From assembly GCA_965649915.1 (NCBI GenBank), contig CBFGMV010000026.1:14962-78961 (forward strand): a stretch of DNA of 64,000 bases. Reading direction: 5' to 3'. Both the position numbers and the translations under genes were made by a program. The notes under the pieces were generated by a model. The model did not search any database, was not told the DNA's origin, and saw nothing but the letters and a program-made list of their open reading frames with translations. Below, piece after piece: positions 19,293 to 29,309 of the stretch (its first letter is position 1; the number at the start of each line of letters is the position of its first letter). Source of the DNA: an uncultured Dyadobacter sp. GTDB lineage: Bacteria; Bacteroidota; Bacteroidia; Cytophagales; Spirosomataceae.

Positions 19293-20609
19293 CTAAGGTG
19301 TCAGGAGGTCGCTCGCCTTGTTCTGGGTACTCAGTAATTTCTGAAACAACGTCCATCTTTTTGCCGGGTCGGCGGCTGTACCTCCCCGCGATTCAATGTA
19401 CTGTTTTACGATGTCCTGGCCGTAATTGTAGTTGATGACGTAGCTCCTGTATTTTTTGATGAAGCGTATGTAATCCGTCGCACCCTTTGGCGGTAGCAGG
19501 CAGTAATCAGTCAGCCATCTCGCGGCCTCCTGTTCACTCATACCGTGGTCGAGCATTCCGCGGGCTACTTCGTTCCGCGCGTAGTTCAGGCCGGAGCGGA
19601 TAGCCAGGGCTTCAAAATAAACATCGGCCATGGTGGTGTCCATGCCGGCCAGCGGCATCAATGTCTGCTTGCAAAATGCCTTTTGCTCGCTGCCCGGGAA
19701 TGCCACCGAAATCCCGTAATTGGCGCTTCCCTCGGCGATCAACGATTGCGGACTGAACAGCGGATAGAGCGAGATTTCGGTCCATCCCTTGTCGCGGAAG
19801 AGGTTCTTTTCGAGCAACGCATTGTAGACATGGTGCCCGGGGTAACCTTCGTGACAGGCGAGATCAATGGCCCTTTCAATGTAAATGGGCTGACTGACGT
19901 TGATCTGGATCAGACTCTTGTAGTGGCCTTTGTACCAGTTATAGCCCGACCATGGTTTATCGTGTACATATTCAAGCTGAAACGTTTCCTCCGGCGGCAG
20001 CTTGTAATGCGCAAGCGTGCGAGCGCGGGCCTCGGCGATGGCAGCTCTGAAAACAGTGTCTATCCGGTTCTCAGGGATCAAAAAGCGGGCAGCCAGTTTT
20101 TGAAACCGACCTGGAATGGGACCCTTCCCGGGAAGTATGCCGTCGAGACGGGCGATCAGATCCCGGAAATGCTGCTCGTCATAAACCGGTGCTACCGCGT
20201 CGAAAAGTTGTTTTGATTCCGAGTCGAAAGGGACAAAAGTGTTGGAAAACACATGGATCCGGCGTTCAAATGCAGTTAACTGCGCTGTCAGCCATTCGGC
20301 ACGTCCCCGGACTTCGGCGTCTTCCCGCGTGCCTGATAATTGTGAAATGGCATGCTTCAACCGGTTTACTTTCGCGAGAAGAGCTTCCTTGGGAAAACCG
20401 CTGCTGTCACGTTTCACAGGTTTGAGCGAGTCGGGGCCGTAGTAAGCGTCTACAAAGTCGCTGTCGTACTGGCCGATCAGGAGACCGAGTTTGACGTATT
20501 CCCGGGCAATTTCATCGATCCCGGCTTCTGCATGGCCTTCTTTGGGCTTTGTATTGCAGGAAAGTGCAGCTGCTCCAAGGATCAGTGCGAACAGGTATTT
20601 TCTAAACAT
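19293..20609 (-). CDS. Lipoprotein with HEGYPGHH motif (DUF885-related putative metallopeptidase), 438 aa
   Basis: Lipobox AALS-C; HEGYPGHH followed by a distal EG(S)ANY. Confidence 0.7.
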   Translation of the reverse strand: MFRKYLFALILGAAALSCNTKPKEGHAEAGIDEIAREYVKLGLLIGQYDSDFVDAYYGPDSLKPVKRDSSGFPKEALLAKVNRLKHAISQLSGTREDAEVRGRAEWLTAQLTAFERRIHVFSNTFVPFDSESKQLFDAVAPVYDEQHFRDLIARLDGILPGKGPIPGRFQKLAARFLIPENRIDTVFRAAIAEARARTLAHYKLPPEETFQLEYVHDKPWSGYNWYKGHYKSLIQINVSQPIYIERAIDLACHEGYPGHHVYNALLEKNLFRDKGWTEISLYPLFSPQSLIAEGSANYGISVAFPGSEQKAFCKQTLMPLAGMDTTMADVYFEALAIRSGLNYARNEVARGMLDHGMSEQEAARWLTDYCLLPPKGATDYIRFIKKYRSYVINYNYGQDIVKQYIESRGGTAADPAKRWTLFQKLLSTQNKASDLLTP

Positions 20610-21584
20610 ATCGGCTTGAAATCAGGTGAAACCGTCGTGATAAAGCTAGCAAAAAATCGGCAGACGCAGCAGGAACCGCGATAGTGGCGTTTGTCGGCGC
20701 GATTGTGCCTGAAATTCGTCTAAAATGCAATTCTATATTCGCTTTAACATGTAATAATAACTCGGATTTTATTTGGCTTAGCGCCTGTTTGGCTGACCTT
20801 ATATTCTGTCGGAATCCGGGTTTGCATTTGATTTCGTCCGCTTTGTAGAAAGGAGGCGTAATTTACTGTGGCTTTGGCATTTGAAAGTCAGAATACTATG
20901 TAGCTAAACTGTTGTAATGCAGTAATAAAACATGGTATTTTATTCGCAGCCGATAGAAATCTTGTAGAAGCGCGATTTTTTCGAAAAAAAATTTTGTCGA
21001 AATTCTTCAGTTAAAATTCAGCGATATCCACAAAATCCGATCTGTGGCTATAACGCCGTTTGTTGTCTAAAACGGGTAGTTAGTCCTTTAAAAGGCCCCT
21101 TACGACAATTTAGGATGTAGAATCGTTACTAATTATTCCGTCATTATAATGACTAAGCTCATCTCCTGGGCCTGACAGCGGATCACAGTCTTATAAATCG
21201 CCAAAACCCCTGATAAAGATCGATTTTGAGGGTATTTCCTGCCTATTGCTTTGTAACCAGCCAATTCGTGTTCTATACTGAAATCCGGGGTTGGGTCTTG
21301 GAAAAGTTATACTAGTAATTTTAGTGGAAAATATAATCAGTTTGGGAGTGAACTTCAACGTATTTGACCTAAAATAGCTATTTTTTGAAGAATTAATGCG
21401 TTTTTAAATATAGAAATATTTCTATAAGTTGATTTAGAAATACTTTTTTCTTTTGTTTAGATCTATTTTCGATTCAAGTGTCATATAAAAAAAGTGATAT
21501 TTTTAATTGATCTAATTTTTACCTTTGTGACGTACATTTTGGTGCCAATCGATTACAGCTAATCAATTACAAATCAAATACGTT

Positions 21585-23549
21585 ATGAAAAATTTTACGT
21601 TCCTCTTTACCCTTATGCTATTGACCCTGGGCTTCGGCTACCGGGCCAGCGCAACTAATGATTGTAATTGCCCGGACAATGTGTTGAAGAACGCTAGCTT
21701 CGAGAGCAATAACACCAACAACTGGTCTGTGTCCAACGGGACAAGTTTTACAACTTCCACAGGCTATAATATGTGTGGTACCTACAACGCAGTGATCAAC
21801 GGCTCGGGAAGCGCCTGGCAGGAAATTGCACTCGATGGGGGAAGCGACGTGGCTGTGAAGGTTTACGGCGGTACTCACCACAATCAATACACGCACGAAT
21901 TCAAATTGATTTTTTATAATGCAGGTGGAACGAAAGTAGGGGATGAGGTAGTGAAGGCGATGAACTACGAAGTAGGCAACGGCAGTTCACTTCAACTGTA
22001 TCAATTTTCCGGCAAAGCACCTGCGACTGCTACTAAAGTGCGGTTTTCAATCAACTCCAGCGGCGACTATTTTAAAGTAGACGGTGCTTGTTTGACCATT
22101 ACGCCTCCTGCGATTCCGGTTGATTGCGGCTGCGTGGCCTCAGCTGGAAACCCGATCAAAAACGGAAGTTTTGAAGGCAATACCAATAACTGGTCAAAAA
22201 GCAATGGTACCAACTTCGGTACGGACCAGGCTTACAACATGTGCGGCGATTACAATGGCCTGATCTCTGGTTCAGGAACTGTGTGGCAGGATGTGGCATT
22301 GGTTGCCGGTTCCAAAGTAGACCTAAGCGTATATGGTGGTACGCACGACAACAGCAAGACACATCAGTTCAAACTGACCTTCTACGATGGGGCAGGAAAC
22401 AAGATAGACGCGAATGAAACCGTGGTGGATATGAACTACGAAGTAGGCAGCGGCAATAAACTCAAACAATATCAATTGTCGGCAACGGCTCCTGCCGGTG
22501 CAACGAAGGTACGTTTCTCGTTCTATTCGAGCGGCGACTATTTTAAAATAGACGTGGTTTGTATGAGCATTACAACTCCCGCGGTCTGCGACGAATGTAC
22601 CAACAACACTTTGCAAAACGGCAACTTTGAAAACGGGACCAACGGATGGAGCGTAACAGGAACGCTAACCACAGAAGCGATTTACGCGGTTTGCGGCTCC
22701 AATGGCGGTAAACTCTCGGGCGCTGGTAAGTTCTGGCAGGATGTTGAAATGCTCTCGACTTATGGCGGGCAGGTAAGCCTCACGATCTATGGAGCGTACA
22801 GCAGCTCAAACAGCCAGAAGTTTCAACTGGTATTCCTCAGCGAATCGCAGGCTGAACTCGGACAAATTACCAAAGACGTGACGAAGTCCCTCAGCGGCAA
22901 CCCATGGGGCCTGGAAAAATATACACTTGCGGGCGCAGTTCCATCGGGTACTAAATACGTTCGCGTACTTGCGTCTTCGACAGGCAACAACTTCCTGGTT
23001 GACAATGCTTGCCTTACCTTCTCTGGTCCTCCGCTTCCTGTGACACTATCTGCTTTCAATGCTAAAAAAGAAGGTACAACTGCGCAATTGACATGGACTA
23101 CCACTTCTGAAAGCAACTCTGCATACTTCGAGGTACAGCATAGCCAGGATGGTAAGAAATGGACCGTTTTGACCAGCGTCGATGCCAAAGGAGAGAGCAG
23201 GGAACTGGTATCATACAGCTATACGCACACTAGTCCATTGGCGATCAACCTTTATCGCCTCAAAATGGTCGACCTGGATGAAACCTTTGCTTTCAGCGCT
23301 ATCAAAAACCTGAACTTTGACGGCGACGAACAGATGAACATTTATCCGAACCCTACCGTGGACCGTATCAGGCTGAGCAGCAACCAGCAGATCAGCAACG
23401 TGAAACTTTACAACCAGAGCGGTGTACTCGTGATGAATACAGTACCTGACTCGGCCAATGAAGTAGACCTTACCAGACTGGTACAAGGCACCTATTTTGT
23501 CAAAATCAACAATGGACCGCTCATGCGTAAGATCCTTGTTGTGAGATAA
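21585..23549 (+). CDS. T9SS type A sorting-domain protein with three CBM4/9-like repeats, 654 aa
   Basis: Signal peptide; three N..F E..W..Q..D repeats; PLPVTL..F..W.T..E module; CTD IYPNPT..GTYFVKI..KILVVR. Confidence 0.85.
   Translation: MKNFTFLFTLMLLTLGFGYRASATNDCNCPDNVLKNASFESNNTNNWSVSNGTSFTTSTGYNMCGTYNAVINGSGSAWQEIALDGGSDVAVKVYGGTHHNQYTHEFKLIFYNAGGTKVGDEVVKAMNYEVGNGSSLQLYQFSGKAPATATKVRFSINSSGDYFKVDGACLTITPPAIPVDCGCVASAGNPIKNGSFEGNTNNWSKSNGTNFGTDQAYNMCGDYNGLISGSGTVWQDVALVAGSKVDLSVYGGTHDNSKTHQFKLTFYDGAGNKIDANETVVDMNYEVGSGNKLKQYQLSATAPAGATKVRFSFYSSGDYFKIDVVCMSITTPAVCDECTNNTLQNGNFENGTNGWSVTGTLTTEAIYAVCGSNGGKLSGAGKFWQDVEMLSTYGGQVSLTIYGAYSSSNSQKFQLVFLSESQAELGQITKDVTKSLSGNPWGLEKYTLAGAVPSGTKYVRVLASSTGNNFLVDNACLTFSGPPLPVTLSAFNAKKEGTTAQLTWTTTSESNSAYFEVQHSQDGKKWTVLTSVDAKGESRELVSYSYTHTSPLAINLYRLKMVDLDETFAFSAIKNLNFDGDEQMNIYPNPTVDRIRLSSNQQISNVKLYNQSGVLVMNTVPDSANEVDLTRLVQGTYFVKINNGPLMRKILVVR
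21678..23030 (+). repeat. Three ~145-codon intragenic repeats; units 1 and 2 similar at DNA level
   Basis: For example TGAACTACGAAGTAGGCA and AGCGGCGACTATTTTAAA occur in both unit 1 and unit 2. Confidence 0.8.
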
Positions 23550-23583
23550 TTTTACGCCGGATCGCTACCGGGTAAAGAAAGGG

Positions 23584-23618
23584 CCCTTCGTTCGTAAACT
23601 ACGGACGAAGGGTTTTTG
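23584..23618 (+). terminator. Intrinsic terminator
   Basis: CCCTTCGTTCGTA-AAC-TACGGACGAAGGG followed by TTTTT. Confidence 0.8.
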
Positions 23619-23668
23619 TTTGCGGATATGTTTATAACTTTCGTTATCAATGACTAAATACGACCATC

Positions 23669-25075
23669 TTGGCGACATTAACTGAAAATCGGAACACGGA
23701 GGTTGTGCATGCAGCGGGAGGGGAAAAGCTGGGGTTGTTAAGGGAAGATTTTGGCACCGATTTCAAGTGGGGCGTAGCTACGGCGGCCTATCAGATCGAA
23801 GGGGCGGTTGACGAAGACGGGCGGACGGATTGCGTCTGGGATGTGTTCGCTAGAAAAAAAGGAAAGATACACAATGGAGATCACGCCCGCCATGCATGTG
23901 ATTTTTACCATCGGTACGAAGAAGACCTCGAAATGGTCCAAGCACTGGGTTTCCGTCAGTTCCGGTTTTCGATCTCATGGTCGAGGATCATGCCGGAAGG
24001 GCACGGGGAAGTAAACCAGGCGGGAGTGGAATTTTACAACCGGCTGATAGACCGGTGCATTGCGCTGGATATCGAGCCGTGGGTAACATTATATCATTGG
24101 GACCTGCCGCAGGCCCTGGAAAAATCGGGAGGCTGGAAAAACAGGCGCATCGTCGAATGGTTCGCCGACTATGCAGCGGTATGCGCACAGGCTTTCGGAG
24201 ACAGGGTAAGGCATTGGATCGTCCTGAACGAGCCTATGGCGGTTGCGGGGCTTGGTTACACAACGGGAGAGCATGCGCCGGGGAACAAGGGGATTCACAA
24301 TTTTCTTCCGGTCGTGCATCACCTTGCATTGAGTCAGGCGGAAGGCGGGAGAGTGCTGCGCAGCATGCTGCCGGATGCCCGTATCGGCAATGCGATATCG
24401 TGTTCCTATGTTCATCCCAACAGTACGAGTGCGGCGGATGTGAGAGCGGCGAAGCGGGCGGACGCTTTGATGAACCGGTTGTTTGTGGAGCCGGCGCTGG
24501 GTTTGGGGTATCCGAAGGATGCATTTCCTTTTTTGTCCAATATCAAACGGTTCTACCGGGAAGGAGACCGCGAGCGTCTTAAATTCGATTTTGATTTCTG
24601 GGGGCTGCAAAACTATTTCAGTGTAGTGGTGCAGCATTCGTACCTGGCTCCCGTGATGTGGCTGAAAGAAGTGCCCGCCAGCTTGCGTAATGTCCCCACC
24701 ACTGGCCTGGGCTGGGAGGTAAGTCCGGAAGGTATGCATGGGATCCTTCATCAGTTCAATAAATATGAAGGGATTCGGGAACTCATCATCACAGAGAATG
24801 GGGCGGCTTTCAAAGATAAGCTACGCGACGGAGCGGTAGATGACCAGCAGCGGACGGCCTATTTCCACGACTACCTGGCAGCAGTTCTGAAAGCGAAGAA
24901 CGAAGGCGTGAAAGTGAATGGGTACTTTGCCTGGACCCTGCTGGATAACTTCGAATGGGCGCATGGATATTCCGCACGGTTCGGCCTGGTGCATGTCGAC
25001 TTCAAAACACAGGTCCGTACCGTGAAAGAGTCGGGGAAATGGTTTGCAGGTTTTTTGAAAAATCCAAAAAAGTAA
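23669..25075 (+). CDS. GH1 beta-glucosidase, 468 aa
   Basis: FKWGVATAAYQIEG, TLYHWDLP, catalytic NEP and TENG, DNFEW; TTG start. Confidence 0.95.
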   Translation: MATLTENRNTEVVHAAGGEKLGLLREDFGTDFKWGVATAAYQIEGAVDEDGRTDCVWDVFARKKGKIHNGDHARHACDFYHRYEEDLEMVQALGFRQFRFSISWSRIMPEGHGEVNQAGVEFYNRLIDRCIALDIEPWVTLYHWDLPQALEKSGGWKNRRIVEWFADYAAVCAQAFGDRVRHWIVLNEPMAVAGLGYTTGEHAPGNKGIHNFLPVVHHLALSQAEGGRVLRSMLPDARIGNAISCSYVHPNSTSAADVRAAKRADALMNRLFVEPALGLGYPKDAFPFLSNIKRFYREGDRERLKFDFDFWGLQNYFSVVVQHSYLAPVMWLKEVPASLRNVPTTGLGWEVSPEGMHGILHQFNKYEGIRELIITENGAAFKDKLRDGAVDDQQRTAYFHDYLAAVLKAKNEGVKVNGYFAWTLLDNFEWAHGYSARFGLVHVDFKTQVRTVKESGKWFAGFLKNPKK

Positions 25076-25137
25076 CCCTTCGTTCCAACTATTTCTAGAA
25101 AGTCGGAGTCTATCCAGCATATTAAACCCCTTGAACC

Positions 25138-25494
25138 ATGAAAATGCTGATCGTCGTATTTGGTTTACTGGCCTGGATAGGCTGCCATGATGAAAGTGAC
25201 AATATCAGTGAAGAAGTCCAGGAAACAGACGCTACCTGGGTCAATATGCTGGCGGCTGACGGTTGCTCCTGGCATTTCAGCATAACCTCACCGGATACGA
25301 CAGTTTTTTTGGTACCCAGTGAGGCTTCGCAATCAAAGATCGAGAAAGAGCTCGGGAAGATCGAGGAATATTACAGTTTTACCAATGTGCGTCTGAAATA
25401 CAGCCTGACCGGCGGAAAACGGACCATTCCCTGCGGTTGGGGAACGAAGGCCACGTACGATGAGATCAAGGTAATCGACATTCAAAAAAAATAA
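25138..25494 (+). CDS. Hypothetical lipoprotein, 118 aa
   Basis: Lipobox AWIG-C followed by acidic residues; AADGCSW and IPCGWG (possible disulfide). Confidence 0.75.
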   Translation: MKMLIVVFGLLAWIGCHDESDNISEEVQETDATWVNMLAADGCSWHFSITSPDTTVFLVPSEASQSKIEKELGKIEEYYSFTNVRLKYSLTGGKRTIPCGWGTKATYDEIKVIDIQKK

Positions 25495-25498
25495 CAGC

Positions 25499-25729
25499 TC
25501 AAAGATTCAGAATCTTTCTTGCCTCCTCTTCTGAATAATAGGCACCTAATTCCGCTTCATCAATAATCTCCTGCACCTGCTCTTCTGTGGCAGGTGCACT
25601 GTTTTTGGCGCTACCCGGGGAGGCATTCTCTTCCAGGACGATGATCCCCTTCCTTTCCAGTGAACGGAGTATGTTCAACACCAGTTCTTCATCCGACTGT
25701 CTCGCGGTTTTTACCAGGTAAGTTTTCAT
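25499..25729 (-). CDS. Small acidic hypothetical protein, 76 aa (antitoxin-like)
   Basis: ATG at 25729 after an AT-rich leader; acidic C-terminal half ending SEEEARKILNL. Confidence 0.6.
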   Translation of the reverse strand: MKTYLVKTARQSDEELVLNILRSLERKGIIVLEENASPGSAKNSAPATEEQVQEIIDEAELGAYYSEEEARKILNL

Positions 25730-25843
25730 ATTGATATTAATTTGGATAAAATAAGTATTGCAAAAATTATACCCCAACTGCGGGTGTACATGCAACCTTG
25801 CCGCCGCTTTTTACATCATTGCCGAAACAAATCGACAAGTCCC

Positions 25844-26887
25844 ATGAAAATGAAACAACTACTAACAATAGCATTGTCCGCTTTCTCTGTGATCGCAGCT
25901 TATGCTCAGAGTGGCGACGACCAGCCTTATGTTACTAAAAATTTCACCAATGCATCCCTGAAAGAATTGCAGGTTGAAACATCCGGTGGCTCCATATCCG
26001 TTGCCGGTGGCCAGAGTGGTGGTTTTAAGGTGGAAATGTATGTCAAAGGAAACGGCTGGAATGGCAACAAGGAACTTTCAAAAGCGGAAATAGAGGACAG
26101 GCTCGAAGATTATGATATCCTGATCGGTACGGAAGGCAGCAAAGTGATAGCGACTGCAAAGAGAAAAAATAACCGGGAATGGAATGAGAAAAGAAACATT
26201 TCTATCGCATTCAAAGTGACTGCGCCCAGAAATGTAGCAACTAACCTCAAAACGAGTGGGGGAAGTATCAAGATTGCATCGCTCACCGGCGATCAGAATT
26301 TTACAACCAGCGGAGGAAGTCTTAAAATAGACGACCTCGACGGAGTGATCCGGGGCCGCACGTCGGGTGGAAGCATCGATGTAATGCGTTGTGCCAAGGA
26401 TATAGAACTGCACACCAGCGGAGGGAGCATTAAAGCAGAGGAACTGAAAGGGCATATCGAACTGAAAACATCAGGCGGAAGCATTCAGCTCAATAATATG
26501 GACGGGGATGTATTTGCTCACACCAGTGGAGGCAGCATTAAAGGAGAACGTATCGCAGGCTCGCTAGACGCAGGGACGTCCGGTGGTTCGATCCGGCTCG
26601 CCAGTGTTTCGGGTAGTATCCGTGCAAAAACGAGCGCGGGCGGCATTGATCTGGAACTGACATCGTTGGGCAAGTTCGTGGATCTCTCTACATCTGCCGG
26701 CAGCGTGCGTGTAACCATGCCGTTGGATAAAGGAGTAGATCTTAATCTGAGAGGTAACAAAGTCTCCATACCATTGAAAAACTTTGACGGGTCGGCGGAG
26801 AAAGATCGGGTGCAGGGAAAAATGAATGGCGGAGGGATTCCTGTGACACTTTCAGCCAGCGCCGGAAGCATTTATGTGAATCAATAA
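25844..26887 (+). CDS. DUF4097-type beta-strand repeat secreted protein, ~347 aa
   Basis: Signal peptide ending AYAQ; about nine (K/H)TSGGS(I/L) repeats. Confidence 0.85.
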   Translation: MKMKQLLTIALSAFSVIAAYAQSGDDQPYVTKNFTNASLKELQVETSGGSISVAGGQSGGFKVEMYVKGNGWNGNKELSKAEIEDRLEDYDILIGTEGSKVIATAKRKNNREWNEKRNISIAFKVTAPRNVATNLKTSGGSIKIASLTGDQNFTTSGGSLKIDDLDGVIRGRTSGGSIDVMRCAKDIELHTSGGSIKAEELKGHIELKTSGGSIQLNNMDGDVFAHTSGGSIKGERIAGSLDAGTSGGSIRLASVSGSIRAKTSAGGIDLELTSLGKFVDLSTSAGSVRVTMPLDKGVDLNLRGNKVSIPLKNFDGSAEKDRVQGKMNGGGIPVTLSASAGSIYVNQ

Positions 26888-26907
26888 CGGATACGGAATA
26901 CAGGAAG

Positions 26908-26950
26908 ATGAGCAAAGGGCTTCGGTTGCCTTTTGCTCATTTTTGTTTTT
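26908..26950 (+). terminator. Intrinsic terminator
   Basis: ATGAGCAAAGGGC / GCCTTTTGCTCAT stem followed by a T-run. Confidence 0.8.
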
Positions 26951-27003
26951 AAAACAGTTACCAAAGCGATGCATTAACGTCCAAAGGAGAAAAATCAGGA
27001 CGT

Positions 27004-27948
27004 ATGTATCGAAGAACATTGAACGCTTTACAAGACTTTTTCGGGATTTCCCGTAAGGAAGCCCGGGGCGCATTGGTCATGATGGCTGCTTGCCTGTTGA
27101 TCGTATGGACGCCATTTCTATTCCGCCGGTGGATATTACCGGAACTACCCCTGGATACCCAGCCCGTGGAACTCAGGGTGCTCGACAGCATTGCTACCCT
27201 GCTCGAAAAGCAGCATCAACAATACGAACCGAAGTATTCGCGGGGAGGCAAGAGCGCAGCGATAAAAGAACCAGTGCTAACTGATTTCGATCCCAATCGC
27301 TGTTCCGAGCAGGAACTGCTGGCACTGGGTATCCCACCTTTTCTCGCCAGAAGAATCCAAAAATTCAGGGACAAGGGAGGTGTGTTCCGCAGGAAGGAGG
27401 ATCTTTTGAAAATATATGATTTCCCGCCAGCACTCTATAAGCGACTGGAACCGCACATCGTCATGGCGGGTATGGAAGTTGCGCCGGCGAGGTACAGCCG
27501 TTCCAATGCGGATACCTCACGCGTGCGACGCCCGTACACAGCCCGAGACCCTGAGACTTTCGACATCAATCAATGCGACACGAGCCAGCTCATCCGGCTT
27601 AGAGGAATCGGGAGCAAATTATCGCAGCGCATCCTGAAGTTCCGCGACGCACTTGGTGGATTCCATTCCGCGGACCAATTTTCCGAAGTTTATGGGCTCG
27701 ACTCCCTGGCGTTGTCGGAGTTGCGGCGGCACGCATTAGTCATGAGCGCGGTGCGGAAAATCAATATTAATACCGCCACAGCGGAAGAACTCGGTCAGCA
27801 CAGTTACCTGCGCAACAGGAAGACTGTTTCGGTGCTGATCAATTATCGTCAGCAACACGGCCCGTTCCGGTCATTGGAAGAATTAAGAAATGTAAAGGTG
27901 TTGGACGAGGCTACCATCCAAAAAATGGGGCCGTACCTGTCGTTCTGA
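27004..27948 (+). CDS. ComEA-like helix-hairpin-helix protein with N-terminal membrane anchor, 314 aa
   Basis: Three HhH units: FDPN..L.ALG, FDIN..LIRLRGIG, ININTAT.EEL; one TM helix. Confidence 0.85.
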   Translation: MYRRTLNALQDFFGISRKEARGALVMMAACLLIVWTPFLFRRWILPELPLDTQPVELRVLDSIATLLEKQHQQYEPKYSRGGKSAAIKEPVLTDFDPNRCSEQELLALGIPPFLARRIQKFRDKGGVFRRKEDLLKIYDFPPALYKRLEPHIVMAGMEVAPARYSRSNADTSRVRRPYTARDPETFDINQCDTSQLIRLRGIGSKLSQRILKFRDALGGFHSADQFSEVYGLDSLALSELRRHALVMSAVRKININTATAEELGQHSYLRNRKTVSVLINYRQQHGPFRSLEELRNVKVLDEATIQKMGPYLSF

Positions 27949-27978
27949 CAGCACGGCCCAATGTAAAGGCGTTGCTGA

Positions 27979-28749
27979 CTAGAAGTTAGGTTTAAGCAGG
28001 TATTTGGAATAGAAATTGTCTATCACCTTGACCGCCTGGTCCGGTGTGTCCACGATACTGATCAGTTTCAGGTCTTCGGGGTTAATATTGTGCTCTGTCA
28101 GCATTGTTCCTTTGATCCAGTCCAGCAAGCCCGACCAGTACGCACTGCCTACCAGCACAATCGGGAAGCGGCCGATCTTCTTGGTCTGGATTAATGTCAT
28201 CGCTTCGAAGAGTTCATCCAACGTGCCAAACCCGCCCGGCATGACGATAAAGCCTTGCGAGTATTTGACGAACATTACTTTCCGCACGAAGAAGAAGTCG
28301 AAGTTGATGCTCTTGTCGTGATCGATGTAAATGTTGCTATGCTGCTCGAAAGGAAGCTTGATATTTAACCCTACCGACTTTCCGCCCTGCTCGAATGCGC
28401 CCTTGTTTCCGGCCTCCATGATACCCGGCCCGCCGCCCGTGATGACACCGTAACCGTGACGAACGAGCTTGGCGGCGATCTCTTCCGCAGTTTTATAGTA
28501 AGGATTGTCGGGCAAAGTGCGTGCGGAGCCGAAAACGGAAACGCAGGGGCCTATTTTGGCTAGTTTATCAAAACCTTCCACAAATTCGGCCATTACTTTA
28601 AACACAACCCAGGAATCGGCACTTTTGATTTCATTCCAGTTGCGGTCTTCAAATGCCTCCTTGATTCTCTTTTCGTCTTCCGGAACCGCAGGATTAAGGA
28701 GAGATACGTCGACGAGTTCTCCATTAGTGGGTTTTGCCTCTTCACTCAT
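27979..28749 (-). CDS. LOG/SLOG family protein (TIGR00730-type), 256 aa
   Basis: VSVFGSAR, TGGGPGIMEA and PGGFGTLDE motifs. Confidence 0.92.
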   Translation of the reverse strand: MSEEAKPTNGELVDVSLLNPAVPEDEKRIKEAFEDRNWNEIKSADSWVVFKVMAEFVEGFDKLAKIGPCVSVFGSARTLPDNPYYKTAEEIAAKLVRHGYGVITGGGPGIMEAGNKGAFEQGGKSVGLNIKLPFEQHSNIYIDHDKSINFDFFFVRKVMFVKYSQGFIVMPGGFGTLDELFEAMTLIQTKKIGRFPIVLVGSAYWSGLLDWIKGTMLTEHNINPEDLKLISIVDTPDQAVKVIDNFYSKYLLKPNF

Positions 28750-28877
28750 AATTCAGGATTCATTGAGTTGTTGATCGGATAATGGTAACTTTGCAGCCAC
28801 TATCACTAAAAATAGAAAACTTTTAACCTTACCTGCTGTCAAAACAAAACGGGCAGGCTACAATTAACAAAAAAGTA

Positions 28878-29309
28878 ATGAGAAAAATTGCTATTGGTGC
28901 CGACCACGCGGGTTTCCCCTACAAGCAGCCGATCATCGACTGGCTTACGACAAATGGCTTTGAAGTGAAAGATTTCGGAACGTACAGCGCCGATTCAGCG
29001 GACTACGCGGACTTTGCACATCCCGTAGCGAGTGGGGTGGAAAGCGGAGAATTCGAAAAAGGGGTATTGTTGTGTGGGAGCGGACAGGGGGTTTGCATTA
29101 CAGCGAACAAACATCAGGCTGTGAGAGCGGCGCTGGTTTGGGATTTGCCGCTTGCCGCTTTGTCACGCCAGCATAACGACGCCAATGTAATTTGCCTTCC
29201 CGTGCGTTTTGTGGAATTGGAAACTGCATTGGCGAGTCTGGAAGCCTTTTTGGCTACGGAGTTCGAAGGCGGCCGGCATCAGACCCGCGTCGACAAGATT
29301 TCTTGCTAG
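28878..29309 (+). CDS. rpiB: Ribose-5-phosphate isomerase B
   Basis: IGADHAG, LCGSGQG, HNDANV, FEGGRH. Confidence 0.95.
   Translation: MRKIAIGADHAGFPYKQPIIDWLTTNGFEVKDFGTYSADSADYADFAHPVASGVESGEFEKGVLLCGSGQGVCITANKHQAVRAALVWDLPLAALSRQHNDANVICLPVRFVELETALASLEAFLATEFEGGRHQTRVDKISC

Noticed and set aside
23977-24582. 201-aa same-strand alternative-frame ORF within GH1
   Set aside because: Arg/Gly-rich frame-shadow composition; the GH1 frame is intact with both catalytic motifs.
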